Positions 37,425 to 50,556 of a stretch of 64,000 nucleotides of DNA are shown here, piece after piece. The notes below the pieces were generated by a model. It worked only from the letters and a program-made list of their open reading frames with translations. It had not been told where the DNA came from and made no database searches. The stretch covers positions 744,001 to 808,000 of the forward strand of contig MU008168.1 in NCBI GenBank assembly GCA_010909165.1, in the 5' to 3' direction. Position numbers and translations under genes: made by a program. Each line of letters starts with the position of its first letter. Within the stretch, counting starts at the first letter, position 1. The DNA is from Anthoceros angustus (lineage: Eukaryota; Plantae; Anthocerotophyta).

Positions 37425-37849
37425 TCCCGCCGCCCACCAGGCGCGTCCCGCAGGAAGGAATCCGATCCACCCCGTGCTCCCTCAATCCATACTCAGGCCC
37501 TTCCGCCCTTCAATAGCAACAGCACTAAACGCGGACAGCAGCAGGCGCAGGCCGGAGCAGGGACACCTCGAGAGAGAGCTGGCTGCTTGGTAGCGTGAAA
37601 GGCTAAAGAGAAGCCGATAGTGGCCTGCTGGTGTGGATGGGCATGGATTCAGGCCCCGGGGTGGGATTCCAGTAGATTCAATTTCCCTGAAGGCCGAGAG
37701 CTGCAAGGACGAATTACTGTACCACGGGAAGAATAGAAAACACAGTCCGTGTTGACTCGCTCATCCTTGCGGGCCCCAGCCCGGCTTTATCCCGCCGTCC
37801 GGAGTTCTCCGCTGGACATTTGTGACCACCTGCATCTCTGAGTCCCACT

Positions 37850-39271
37850 TCAGCTGCGGCCGGGTATGGCCCGGCGGGCGGCCGACACCAGCGCAGCCAG
37901 CTGCGGGTCGTGAACGTAGTTGGCGAAGCCCGGCATGAGCCAATCCAAGTGCTCCGGGGAGTGGGAGAGGTTCACCTGGTGGTGGCAGAGCTCCACCTGC
38001 GGCGCCAGCACTCCGTGGTAGTGGTGGATCCTGGCCACGGACGCGTTCAGATCCACCCCTCCTTCCTCCGGCAGCGCGCTCCTGTGCACCCCGGCTGCGA
38101 ACACCGCCCTCGGATTCACCGCGTACTTCCTCCTCCCCGGGGCCGCCACGCAGGTCCAGGGATCCCTGCCCGGATGCATGCACTCCGGCGCGCTGTGTCT
38201 CCACCGCATTCGCTCCACGGGCCAGAGGTCGGGGCCGGCGTCCAGGCAGTGGCTGTGGGAGACGGGGAGGCTGCCGAAGGAGATCCAGGGGGCCTGCCGG
38301 TGGAGGAGCAGGAGGGCCGGGAGGGACGCCGGGGCCGGAACGTGGAGGAACTCATCGAAGTCCTGGAAGAAGGTCCAGTCCGCCAGGAAGCGGGAGCGGT
38401 GGAGACAGTCGTTGGCCAGGAGCGGCTGCTGGTAGTACCAAGAAGGGAAGTCCGCCTCCCGCGCCACTTCCGTGATGGTGAGCACTCCTGCACGGATGTA
38501 AGGCAGGAAGAGACGGCGCTGCTGCGGCTTCAGGCCCCCGACGTTGTAGAAGAAGAAGTGCGCCTGCTGACGCCACAGGGCGTGGTGGTAGACGAGCCAG
38601 TGCAGGATCCACTCCGCCCGCACCTCCGAGTGCATCGGCGGCCCGCAGAAGGCGTACGCCAGCCGGGGAGCCGGCGAGTGGAAGAAGCTTGCCGCTGCTC
38701 CGCGCTCCTCCGCCATTGCCAACACCGTGACTGTCTTCCCTCCCCGCGCTCCCGCCGGGAGCGTGATGGAGAGCTCGCCTCCCAGCCCGTCGCCGCCTAC
38801 CGGGTCCGGGAAAGAGCAGTTGACGATGGCCGGCACGAACAGGGCCCCGTTCTCGTCGAAGCCGATGTAGATCATCTCTGCCGGTGCCGTTGCCGTGGAG
38901 GAGGAGCTGTCGTTGCTGCCACTGCTGCTCTTCCACTCACATTCTTGGACCGGAGGTGTGTAGTCCCGCACAGCCACGGAGGTGATGCCGACGATGAAGA
39001 AGGTGCGCGGGGACTGCCGATATGCGCTGAATTGAACGAAGCCGTAGTGCGGCGTGCCGTGCGCATGGAATTGCTGCTGGTGCGGCTTCGCCTGCGGCTT
39101 CTGCTCTTCGGTGAAGTGTGCCTCGCCGTTGGCAGCTCCGCTGTTGCACACGCAGGCCGCGTTGCTCACTGGCGAATTACGCAGAGTGAGTGGAGCTTGC
39201 AGCAACAAGGATGACAGCACCATGGCAATCAGAACTGTCCAGCACATCACGGCTCGGAGTTTGGCTGCCAT
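37850..39271 (-). CDS. Glycosyltransferase family 92 (galactan beta-1,4-galactosyltransferase-like), intronless
   Basis: N-terminal signal anchor (VMCWTVLIAMVLSSLLL); FVQFSAYR, YAFCGPPM, WYYQQPLLANDCLHRSR..WTFFQDFDEF (DxD), RRKYAVNPR..GVH, HHYH. Confidence 0.88.
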   Translation of the reverse strand: MAAKLRAVMCWTVLIAMVLSSLLLQAPLTLRNSPVSNAACVCNSGAANGEAHFTEEQKPQAKPHQQQFHAHGTPHYGFVQFSAYRQSPRTFFIVGITSVAVRDYTPPVQECEWKSSSGSNDSSSSTATAPAEMIYIGFDENGALFVPAIVNCSFPDPVGGDGLGGELSITLPAGARGGKTVTVLAMAEERGAAASFFHSPAPRLAYAFCGPPMHSEVRAEWILHWLVYHHALWRQQAHFFFYNVGGLKPQQRRLFLPYIRAGVLTITEVAREADFPSWYYQQPLLANDCLHRSRFLADWTFFQDFDEFLHVPAPASLPALLLLHRQAPWISFGSLPVSHSHCLDAGPDLWPVERMRWRHSAPECMHPGRDPWTCVAAPGRRKYAVNPRAVFAAGVHRSALPEEGGVDLNASVARIHHYHGVLAPQVELCHHQVNLSHSPEHLDWLMPGFANYVHDPQLAALVSAARRAIPGRS

Positions 39272-40695
39272 CCTCCCTCGATGCCCTGATCCAACCTGCA
39301 GAGTAGATGGTGGAGGAACTCCCTGGATATGCTGAAAGCCAAGAACAAGAACTGAGAGGCAGCTCCCAAGAGTGACCTGGTCGGACAGCTCGTTGCACGC
39401 ATGTCCGAGGCACAGCAGTAGTACTTGCTTCCCCTCCTTGCTGAAGCCGATCGTGGACGATGTGCTCAAACCACCACATTTCTTCACAGGACAGTACTTC
39501 CCTGCTGTTTTCCGATCTTGCAGTGCAACTAGCTGCTGTTACGGAACAGAAAGTCAAGAGAACGCTAACTTGGAAAGAAGACATGGGAATCGGATTCATA
39601 ACTTCCGCTGAGTTCCCAGTGCTCAGCTTTTACAGAAGTCCTTCACCTTCGAGAGAGCAATAATCCTTCACAAGCCATACAGACTTGTGTGAAGGAATAC
39701 GTAGTCCTATATCTCTTCTGTTAGGAATACTACGCTTTCAGGTGCAAATAATGAGCCACCAACTCTTCAGTGTCATCACAGCCAAACCCGGGCAGGTCTG
39801 TTCTGCACGTCCACAAGGTTAACCACCGTGGAGTGTGGAGATGAAAACAACCGTGTCTTTGTCCTCCAAGGGTGCGCGAAGGTTGCCGCAAAGCTCCCAG
39901 TCACAATCGTTGATGAGAACCAATATTCCAGGCCTCCTGCAACAGAAAGAAACAGCATCAAAGCAATGCATCTAGGTCAAACGGAGGCCCTTGAACGGAC
40001 AACAAACATGTTCGTGGCAAACGACTCGCTCACACTGAGTTGTCTCTCATAAACATCTCCGGTCTTTCTTTCAGAAGGTTATCCCGAATCCACACCAGTA
40101 AGCTCTCCACCGTGATCTCCTGCCGAACCAGCGTGCAGTGATTCACCACACATCAGTTCAGTTGAGATGGATGGACCACATATTACACAAAAAACACATC
40201 AAGATAACACGCGTGCTAAACCCCAGGGGCTCGGTTCGCACCTTGGCCGACTTGTCTTCATATGCCAGTTCGATCTCGTGCTTCTTCACGGAATCAAAGA
40301 GCAGCTCCAAACCACCTCTGCAACAATCGCTCTGGCGTAAGAACAGAGCGCAGCAGCACAAAATAGCCCTAGACTGAACACCGTTCATACTAACCCGAAC
40401 TCCAAAGTGAGACGCATTCTGTGCTTGCTCTCGCTTCACCAGCCTCGTCCTGATGCGATGCTGCCTCGATTCCACGCACTGCGAGCTCGGGTCCATACAC
40501 AGATTCAGCAAGATGATGGTTTTAGAAGCGTTCAATTTAGCATACAGAATTTACATGCCAATTTAGCAAACAGTATTGCGTACCTATACATATAATGTTC
40601 CTCCCTTGGGGAACATAAATAAATTTCTTGTTGTTGTATGTGTATAGTCATACGGACAAAGGCTTAGGTTTGGATATTCAAAACTTGAAGCGGCC

Positions 40696-43600
40696 ATGGA
40701 GGAGGTGCAGAGGAGGCTGAAAGCAGCTCAGGAGGCTTTGGAGAAACAGGACTATGGTGCAGTTGGGCGTCATTGCAAGCATGTGCTCAAGCAGGACCGC
40801 GACAACCATGAGGCCTACATTATCTTTGGGAAAGCTTTCATGGCCCAGAAGCAGGCCGTTCATGCGGACAAGGCATTCCGCAAGGCGATTGATACAAATT
40901 CCGCATCGCTGCCCGCCTGGCAGGTGAGTGGATTGGTCATTGTGGGTGTTATCTTCTGCTCTGCTGAATGGTGATGGCGAAAGGGAGCTTTTTCGGTGCA
41001 ATGCCAGTCTGTGCGTCTCATGTGTTGGCCTCGATTCAGGGATTGGTGGAGCTGTATGAGGAGACTGGGGAGAAGGAGAAACTGCTCCAGGCTTTGGAAG
41101 AAGCATGTAAATTAGCGGAGTCAGCGGGGGATGGCATTCTCCTCCAAACTTTGACTGTCAAGCTTGCTGCTCTTCGGACAGGGGATTCGTCAGGTGGGGA
41201 AGCTACAGTGAGCAGCAGTTTGGAGACTGATGCTACATTTCCGGCTGTTCCTGACGATGCAGAGCTCGGACGGCTCATTCAGAAGGTGGTCTCCTTGCAA
41301 GGTATGAAAGGTTTTTTTTGGCTGTTCACATGCTGTTGCAGGGTGGCGGCAATCTCCTTCTAACCGTGTATTGAATGCAGGAGTTGGTGGTGATGAGTGG
41401 CAGAAGGCAAAATTGGCGCTGCTGGAGAATTGCATTGCCATGACAGCTTTCCGACCTTCAGAACTTGCTTTCCAAGTTGGCTTGGCACTATGCGAAGAGG
41501 ATAAGAGTGATGAGTTGTTCAATGCACTGGGTTTCGCCCACATAGGTGGGGATCGGACAACACGCATTGAATGGTTTGGCCAGAGGTGTCACCACTTCTA
41601 TCCAGAGGATGGTTGTGGTCTTGCAGCAATTGCATGGGGAATGCATGAAAGGTGTGTATCAAGGTGGGCTGGACGAAAGCTCATGCTTTGTTGCTGTGTA
41701 GAACTGTTGGAGTTTTTGCACCTTCCTGATTTAAGGTTGTGTGGAGCAGGACATGGGACTGTCAGAAGCAGGTGTCTCTCCTGCAGCGAGCCCTCCAACT
41801 AGAGAGCAGCTGTGTCACTGGGTACATAACCTTGTAATGTGAAGGTCAATCTTGTACATGATATATATATACATATATATATAGATATATGTATATATAT
41901 ATTCTGAGTTGTCTTGTGAACTCCAGGTGGCACCTCTTGGCTGTGGTCCACTTGGATCTAGGAGCAGGTGGTGATGCTGTCAAATGCGTCAACCACGGGC
42001 TGGGCGCAGTTTCATCCTGGCGAGCAACTTTTGGACTCAGCCTGGTTCTGGTCGAGCTACGGCTCAAATTGATTCTGGCTCGTGCGTCCTTGTCCCTGAA
42101 ACTGTACGTGGATGCTGACCAAACTTTGCAAGCTGTGCTTGAGGTGCGTTTTTCAGCCAGGCAATGTTGAGGGCTCTTCCTTTCTGCTCTTCAGTTTGTT
42201 AAGACTTAGCTTGGTACTACTTTGGGATGCAGGGTGCACGTGCAGTACCTGATGAATCACTTTGCTTTTCTGCGTTGGAGGTAATTTATCAGTGTCTTTG
42301 GCACCTTCTCATACCTTCACTGGCTTTATTACAAGATAATATAAGAATGGCTTTGTCACTAGATAATAGCAGTGTAATGATATTTGGTTATATATGTTAC
42401 CAGGAATTGGCAAAAGTTTCAATAGCTCAAGGAAACTTGGAAGAGGCTTGGTCAAGGTTGGGTTCTGTGGTTTCTTTGTATCCTCACAGCCATTGGGCGA
42501 TTGCAGAGCTTGGATGGCAATCATACAAGAAGGGACAATTGAATGAAGCTGTGCGATGCCTGGAGCAGGCAGTGGCACTTTCTCCTGATGTTGCACTCTA
42601 CCATCACCGATTGGTACAGATTGATTTATCTATGCCCTAAGCACTGCATTTCCTCTGCCATGGTCAAATGGGCTGTCTGATGATGAGAGTCTTGTGGATT
42701 GCAGGGCCTTGCATACTCTAATGGAGGTGAATCTCTAGGTTACTCTAGAAGCATTGTGTTGAAACAACTCATGCTAGCAGCTACTTTGGATCCTGGGCAA
42801 GCTGCTGTTTTTCGCGATCTCGGACATCATTTTCGGGCAGTACAGGGAACTTCTCAGCAAGCCATTAGCTGCTACCATAAGGCAGTGATGCTTGATGCAG
42901 ATGATGCAGAAGCAGGGGTAGGTTCTGCTTGCCACTCTGTGAATGCTCTGTTAAAGGTTTTCCAGTGCTAACGACAAATTTCGTGTGTAGCAAGCACTCT
43001 GTGACATTCTTTCAGAGAGAGGACAAGAGACTGTGGCTGCAGAGATCTGTCATACTGTCACAGAACATTCTGCGAGTGCATACTGGGCTTGGCGCCATTG
43101 TGGTTTTGTTCAGGTGCTTTGCATGTACCGATCTTCGAGTTGTGCTGCTGGAATATTCAGTTCAAAATGTCATATCATAGCCTTCTGGGCAGCTGCTGTT
43201 TGCTGCTCATGTAGTACATGGAGGCTCTCTAAGTCTGCACTTGGCAGCAAGATGTGAAGTTCTGCTGTGGGTTGATCTGCAGGTGCAACAAAAAGACTGG
43301 TCTGGAGCTACCTCGAGTTTACAACATGCTCTCAGAGGATACCCTCAAGATGCACAGTCATGGGAGGTGATTCTACAACAGGCCACCTGTTCGTACTCCT
43401 GACTTGGGAGCTTTCGTGGTGCTTGTAGAACAATTACTTACACTATACCTGTTTATATCCAGGCCTTGGGTTTAGCATACCGGCAGCTGGGAATGCTGAC
43501 TGCTGCATTGAAGGTACTCTTACTACCCCTGTGAAATCATGTTGTTCACCTTGCGTCTATGCTCTCTGGATCTTAACATGGTTCGTGTCACACAGGCTTA

Positions 43601-46600
43601 CAGTGGAGTGCTGGCTCTGGAGAGCTGTTCACCTCTTTTCGCTTTGCTGGAGAGTGGGGCCATTTTATTGGCCCTCTCAATGTTCTCGAAGGTATAGTAT
43701 TTCACAAAGTTGCAGCAGTCTTATATCCTGATTCATCAATCAGTTTGGAACTAGACTTTGTTCTAAAGTGAAGGCCTAAATGCTGCCAGGCAATTGATAT
43801 GTTCCGCCTTGCACTGGAAAAGTGCCCCACTCATGTAGTGGCTCGTTGTGGTCTTGCTTCGGCACTTCTTGGACGATCTCGAGAATGTTTAGGGCTTGGC
43901 GCTTTTGCATGGAGCACTGCTCTTTTAGAGGTACAAGTTCCTTTGATGATGGGGAATCGCTAAGGTCATTTCCAAATATTTGCTTTGGTTCATAAGGTAG
44001 CAATGTTGATTTGTGATGCCAGGAAGCCGGAAAGATTGCAGGAGAACTGGCATCTACATCTAGTTACTTGGTGACAGCGTGGAAACTGTGGGGAGATATT
44101 CAGGTATTGTTTGGGTGCAGTTCCCAAGCATTGAATACGTTTCTACTTCCTGTTAACACAGCTCTCCATCTTCTAACGAGCACTACATAATTAATCCTGC
44201 CGGTGGTAAATTTTCAGACCACATATACAGAGGCTGTACATTGTGAAGCTGTGGACATCAAATCTTCCACTGTTGTTCATGGTCTCAGAGGACAAACACA
44301 GCATAATCTGCTTACAGGCATCCAGGCTTGGCGTAACTTGCAACTTGGTGCAGCTCGAGATGCCAAGAGAGCATATCAGCATGCATTGCACATGTGTCCC
44401 TCTCAGAGCAACTTGTATGTGGACTTGGGATTGTCTCTGGAGCGTCTAAGTCATCTCAAAGGGATGGAAGACTCGGCGTCACAAATGAGGTACGTATTCT
44501 GAAGAGCTGGGCCCATGGTTGCCAGGGTTCCTCATAGTCTGTTCCTCCTATTGAAATGAAAATTGGTCACCCTCTTGATATGGTGCAATGGAGACTTGCT
44601 CCCTTTGAAGCATTTCCTGTATTGCGCCCTTGAAGAAACTTTTTGAGATGTCAACAGGATTGCGCTGACTTGCAGGCTCGATTTAGTTTGTGGAGGCATC
44701 CAGCTGGAGGGAGGTAATCCAGAATACTGGATAGCACTTGGTGTTCTTATGGATGACAAAAGATGGAAACAACATGCGCTTATCCAAGCTCTCCGCATTG
44801 ATGGCGATCATTCCCTGGCTTGGGCTCTGCTTGGACAGGTAGGCTGTGTTCTTGGTATAGTGATTTTAGTCACTTTCATAGATGGGCACCACATATATCT
44901 GATTCACTTTTGTGGTTGGTATCAGTTGTATTTAATGGAGGGAAATCAAGAGCTTGCTATACATGCATTTGATCGTGCACGAAGTTCTGATCCTCTGCTT
45001 GCATTGCCATGGGCTGGAATGTCTTTTATTCACAGCTTGAAGGGAAGGTCGGATCACCCAACTGGGCTGTTTGGGACTCTTTGTCCATCCTACTTTCCGT
45101 ATTTTATGTGTCTAATGATTAAACTGTCGAATGGCTGCAGCAAGGACAAACTACGTGATGCTGTGGCTGACTGTCTATATGCCATCCATCTCTCCCCGGT
45201 TAGATCCACAAGTTCTGAGCAGACCCCATATTTCAATTTGAATTTGACGGACGCTGAGAGTTTTGAAGGAAGCTGAGAGTTTGACTAGGGTCTAGGGGGA
45301 GAAATGTGTTGCCTTCTTCTGGTGGCACATTTTGCAGTATGAGCTGATGTCTTTCCTGGCTAATGCAGACTACGAGTGTCCAATTGGGCCTGGCGAAGCT
45401 TGCAGCCGATACTCAGCAACTGAACCTCCTGCAGGTTTGATTGGAAGAACCGTTCACAGAATCCCCTGTTTTCCTATCTTAAATTTGTTGTCTGAACTTG
45501 AAGACTGTTCATTGATGATGATGTTTTAGGTCTATGTGGCATTAGAGCAAGTAATTCAGCGGGTCCCACACTGCCCAGAAGCACACAACCTCAAAGGGTT
45601 GGCTTGTGAATCTAGGTCAGACTTCCATGCTGCCATTGAGTCATTCCGCACAAGCCGAACTGTACTTGAAGAAGTGGGGATGGCAAGGCCCGATTTTGCT
45701 CAGCAACACTTCGCAGTTTCTATCAACTTGGCCCGAGCTCTTTGCAAGGTGAGTGTTTAGGGGATGTTCGTTGTTTAATTAAAAAGCTCATTTTCTCTGA
45801 CCATTGAGAACTGATTTCTCGTATGTGTTGGATTGTTCAGGCTGGAAAGATGAGCGCAGCTGTTCAGGAGTATGAGAAGCTAGCTGCAACAGGTGATCAA
45901 CTGCTTCTGGTTTCAATGACTAACTGGCAGGTCGTGAACATGTTAGCAGAACTGAAATGCCTATGTCTGCATCACAGGTAGTTTAGCAGCAGATCTTGGA
46001 GGAATCTGCGGATATGCAGTGGCATTGTGGTGGAATGGTCAGAGGGATGTTGCAATTGGAACTATGCAGCAGGCTGCAGGGTCTAAGAATCAACATGCTG
46101 TATCTAGCCGCTCTGTGATCAGCCTTATGAGCAGATTGCTGTACTTCAAGTTTGGACCCTCACCAGCGATAAGAGAGATGCAGAGGGCCTCACAACTCGA
46201 TTATTCTGTAGCAAGTTTTTGCTTCACTGCCCTTGCCTTGGCTATTTCTTCTCGTCAAAGTCATGTCTTTTCAAGCCTCTTGCCTTTCTGCTCCAAAGTC
46301 TTTGAAGATGAACGAGCCTCAGAATTCCATGAACTCCTTGCAGTTGGCCGACAGGTAGTTGTTGATACCTTCTGTTGATGTTGCTACGTGCTGCTTCCTT
46401 CCATGAATGCTATGGCTACAGGTGGATTCCATATCTAGGCTTTACTGTGTCACATGCATGCACTGTTCTGTTTCAATTAACAGATTGTCAAAATCTTATT
46501 ACAGATTCTCTATCAAGGAGACAGTAAGCTTGTGTCGATACCATTGCTGAAGACCTTGCACCTACGCCCACATGATGCTCTTCTCAGGTACGATTGTGAG

Positions 46601-48281
46601 GGGTGGTGTTCGAGTTGGCATAATTGTTTTCATTTGTAAAAGTGTGCAGAGTCTCTTGGGATGCTTGAGACAGTGTGTTGGCATAGTTATTATGTTCATT
46701 CTCCTGTTCGATGTAGGTCTAAGCTTGGGAGGATAATTCTGGAGGACAGTTCAGGGCAAGGGGCAGAGCTTGCTGTTCGATGCTGCCATGCAACGTTTCC
46801 TTTGTTTGGCACGTCTGCTGAGCACGAGGAAACAAAAACATTGGCCTCTGCTGCTCTTGCTTGTGGTTCCTGTAGATCAGCAAAGGACCTGCCACCATTC
46901 TCAGCTTGTCATGGCTATTCTGAAACACCTGCAATTTCGATACAACTTCAAAGGTAGAAATTGCTTGTTCATTTGTTGGATTTTGAATTCATGGCATTTG
47001 TTGGATTTTTTTGCCATGAGTGGAATTGCTGATGCACTTCCTGATGCAGATGGTTACATAGGGAGCCGTGGAATATTTTGCCACATGTATATCTGATATC
47101 AGAGTCCCTTCAGCAAGCCAGAGGTTTAGGTTATCCTTGCAATCTTTGCAGAGCAATTTTGCGAATGTGCCAATCAGCTCTGTCGCTGCTTGAAACCCTT
47201 GAAAGCAGTAAAGCAAACCATCGTTTGCGCATTCACCTGCTTGTATGTGCCTCCGAGAGTGCTTTGCAGAGTGGCCAAGAGGCAGCGGCTGTAGAATTTG
47301 CAAGGACTGCTTCAGGGCAAACACCTGCAGCAAGTGACAATCGTATTGCAGATCTTCAACTTGCTCGGTGCTATGCTGTCGGGAAGAACAGTAACCTCCT
47401 TAGGAACGAGGTTAAGATGTTGCTTACATCTATGCAGCCAGATGATACTTTAGGGTGGGTAGTGTTGGCATCAATGGTGGAGCAGTACGGGTTACATCAA
47501 GACAGCCCGTCTGTAATAAACGCCAGCGAGAATGCCATCCGAAAGAGAGGTCCAGCGGAGAGAAGGGTATGGTCAGCAGTACTACAACTCATCCGGGCAC
47601 AGGGATTTCTTCAGGAAAAGGATTTGACATCAGCTGAAAAAGCTGCTGCAAGTGCTTTAGCCATCTGTCCAAACGATTATGTTCTTGGCCTTCTGCATGG
47701 TACACTCCAATCCAGTGGTGCTGCTCTTGAGTGGTGACTTAAGACTCGTATTTGACATCTGGCTAGTTGTTCTGCAACTCACGTTCTTGGTTTCCTCCAA
47801 CAGGTGCTCTTGCTCTGGAGCTTGCGAAGGTCAGTGCAGGGTCCGAGTTCTGGACTTCAGCCACTCGCAGCCTCCGAAGAGCCTCTGGCCAATGTTCTTT
47901 GCCCATTGCACAGGCTCTGCTAGCTCAAGCTGAGGCAGGCTCAGGGAGCTCCAACCTGAGCACCTCAGGCATAACCACCAAAGTCGAGAAGCATATTCGG
48001 TCGGAGTGGTCATGCTGGCCTGCAGGTAGTTATAATTCCGCCATGCGCGCCGCTGTTGTCATTTCCTGGATTTTTCTTTTCTTATTGGAACTCTACGCTC
48101 TACAGGGTACAGGCCAGCAGAATTGTACTTCCAAATGTCTCTCCTGGCAAAAAAGTCAAATGGGGCTTCGAAAGGAGCTGTGGATGGACCGGAGACATTG
48201 CACACAGCCAAATCCTGGCTGCAGCATGCAGTTCACTTAACTCCCTCAAGCGCCCGTTACTGGAAATGTCTGCGGACGTAA
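40696..48281 (+). CDS. SKI3: Superkiller complex TPR subunit SKI3/TTC37, many exons
   Basis: TPR-rich exons: AFRKAIDTNSASLPAWQ|GLVELYE, VFRDLGHHFR..CYHKAVMLD, AFDRARSSDPLLALPWAGMS, PEAHNLKGLACESR; RPAELYFQM..AVHLTPSSARYWKCL C-terminus. Confidence 0.88.
41860..41902. repeat. Imperfect (AT)n microsatellite in a SKI3 intron
   Basis: atatatatatacatatatatatagatatatgtatatatatat. Confidence 0.8.
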
Positions 48282-48340
48282 CTGTCAGTTACCTATGTAC
48301 AAAAAGGCTCTCCATGCGTAATGGCTCTTTCCTCATACAA

Positions 48341-48678
48341 ATGTACATTGTCAACTGTAATACTAACGTCTGGAGGGCCATATACGGTTGACAACGAGCT
48401 TAGTACACGCCAATTCATATGCCCGAATCCTGCATCCCACAACAGAAGCCAAACTGATTGAGTCTGCTGAAGGCAACCCCATGGGCTTGTTTACTTGTGT
48501 TATGGATGTTGCCCTCTTACCAATGTATGTTGTCAACTGTAAATACTAATGTCTGGAGGAGGGCCATATACAGTTGTCCACGAACTTGGTACCCGCCAAT
48601 TGACGTGCTCAAATCCTGCATCCCACAACAGAAGCGAGACTGATGAGTCTGCTGAGGGCACCACCATGGGCTTGTTCT
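48341..48678. repeat. Tandem duplication (~150 bp x2) of the PSMG2 last-intron end plus terminal exon
   Basis: 48341-48492 and 48521-48678 are collinear (aatcctgcatcccacaacagaagc, gagggccatatac, ccatgggcttgtt). Confidence 0.88.
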
Positions 48679-49879
48679 ACACGGACCACAAGTCTGAACC
48701 AACTGCCGCTGCCGCACCTACCTGCAGTTTTTGTGTCCAAGCTTGCAAGCCTTGTCACTGCTTCTGCCAAAGCAAAAGCATCCGGCGTGTTATCTCCCTC
48801 AGAGCAAGGCATCAGTATACACACCACCTTTAGGCCGCGTGCCTGCAACCAAATTACAAGTGTCATGGTGCTCACTTGAATTCAGTCGACAGGAGAAGGA
48901 GATGCTTGGTCAAATGTTTGGTCACCTGTGCAGCAGAAAGTAAAGCATTGAAAGGCATTTTCGCAAAATGGGTTGGGTCGTCAATAAGTTCCGCAGGAAC
49001 TTGACTACCAGCAGGCAAATGAACGTCTAGCCGCCACTGAGCAGCATTTGGTGAGTACTCTGCCAGCTTTTGCCAACCAAGTTGCTCACAACGAGCATCC
49101 GTGCCATCCTCGTTCGCAGTTGATATATACTGCAGCTGCGAGCTGTTCACACCATCTGTTAGAAACAGAAAAGCAACTCACGACACAAGATGAAAATCAA
49201 GCCGGGCACTTACGACGACGTTCGTCGATCGTGTCTGCCCATATCAATGCCGGACAGGATGATCACCTCCTTGACTCCATTTTCCTTTGCCAAAGTTGCC
49301 AGAGACTCCGCAAACTGCAACATTTTGCCCTGCTCCACATGGCAATTAGGTTTCAGTACCCCTGATGCAAACCACAAGAAACTCCAAAAAGGAAGACGAC
49401 TAAAAACCTTCAGAACTGGAGATCGCTGCTGCACGACTTTCAGGCTACCTGCGCCCCCAAACACTGCCATTGTTCCCCAGGCACCGGTCAGTGCGATGAG
49501 CCAGGTCCCCAAAACCGAACTACCAAACACGGAGGACAAGTAAACGGACTGCATTACCCTCAAGTGCCACTGTCAGATTACCCTCGGCCTCTGAGCTAAA
49601 AGGATCATTGCCAACACATGGCAGCACATGTGGAGAGTCCAGATATGCAATCCTGGGCAGCTTGAGAGAGTGGATCAAGAGATCTGCTCCCAATTGGCCG
49701 ACATTTCCAATAGAAAGAGCAGGCTGCAACAAACACAACGCACAGCACGATTGAACTCAATGAGCGGACTGCAGGATCGATCGATCGCTCCGGATTACCA
49801 CGCACATGAATCCACCAAATACCACAACAAGAGTCGGTGCAGGCCCCAGAGCTCCAGGGTCGCTGGATATCAACTTCAT
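48533..49879 (-). CDS. PSMG2: Proteasome assembly chaperone 2, multi-exon
   Basis: TLVV|PALSIGNVGQLGADLLI, VLPCVGNDPF, QQRSPV, CSEGDNTPDA, WRVPSSWTTVYGPPPD.IYS stop. Confidence 0.92.
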
Positions 49880-50556
49880 CACTGCGAAAACTGCGATGCC
49901 TCCCCCAATGTATTGAAGAGCTAGGATACCGCTACCAGGAACAGCTCTGCAGCTCCACAATTGATACAAGTTCGGCAATCACCATGGACCTGGCAACGAT
50001 GTCTGTCCTACTCTTGGAGCTCCGGGAGGCGGGAGACTTAAAATGAAAATTTATTTTAACTTAAACTAATATTACCGGACTGTATCTAGTGGCTAAAGCC
50101 CTGAAACCATCTACATTACTACGTGAAAACCGTACGGCCAATGATCCTTTTAGCTCAAGACGCCGTCGAAGGAGACTCATCCCCGAAACCATCTACAAAC
50201 TGTAGAAACGAGCCTCATTCCTGTGCTCCCTCCGTCCCAGCTTAGAAGGCAGCCTGGTTTTCCCGTCCCTGCTGAGAATGCATCCTGGTGTTCCTTGTGT
50301 GAGACCTCCGGATGACAAGAGCCCCAATATACATCCAAATCTCTAGGCTTGAAGAACTTGGAACCAAGTTTTATAACCCAAGTTTCTGAACTCCAATTGC
50401 TGAGTTGAGTAAACAAATTAACAAATTTCCATCAACTACATCTTTCCGTCTCAATCGGGTTTTTACTCCAGTGGTACAATACGTCTTTGGCATCGGCCCT
50501 GGGACGCTCGGAAGACATAAGTAGAGAAGCAAGAGTTACGAAAGAATAAGGCAAAA

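Noticed and set aside
37910-39214. 434-aa plus-strand ORF
   Set aside because: Antisense shadow of the GC-rich GT92 gene.
39272-39487. N-terminal extension of the GT92 ORF from a GTG start
   Set aside because: The ATG at 39271 directly precedes the type II signal anchor; the upstream stretch looks like 5' UTR or intron.
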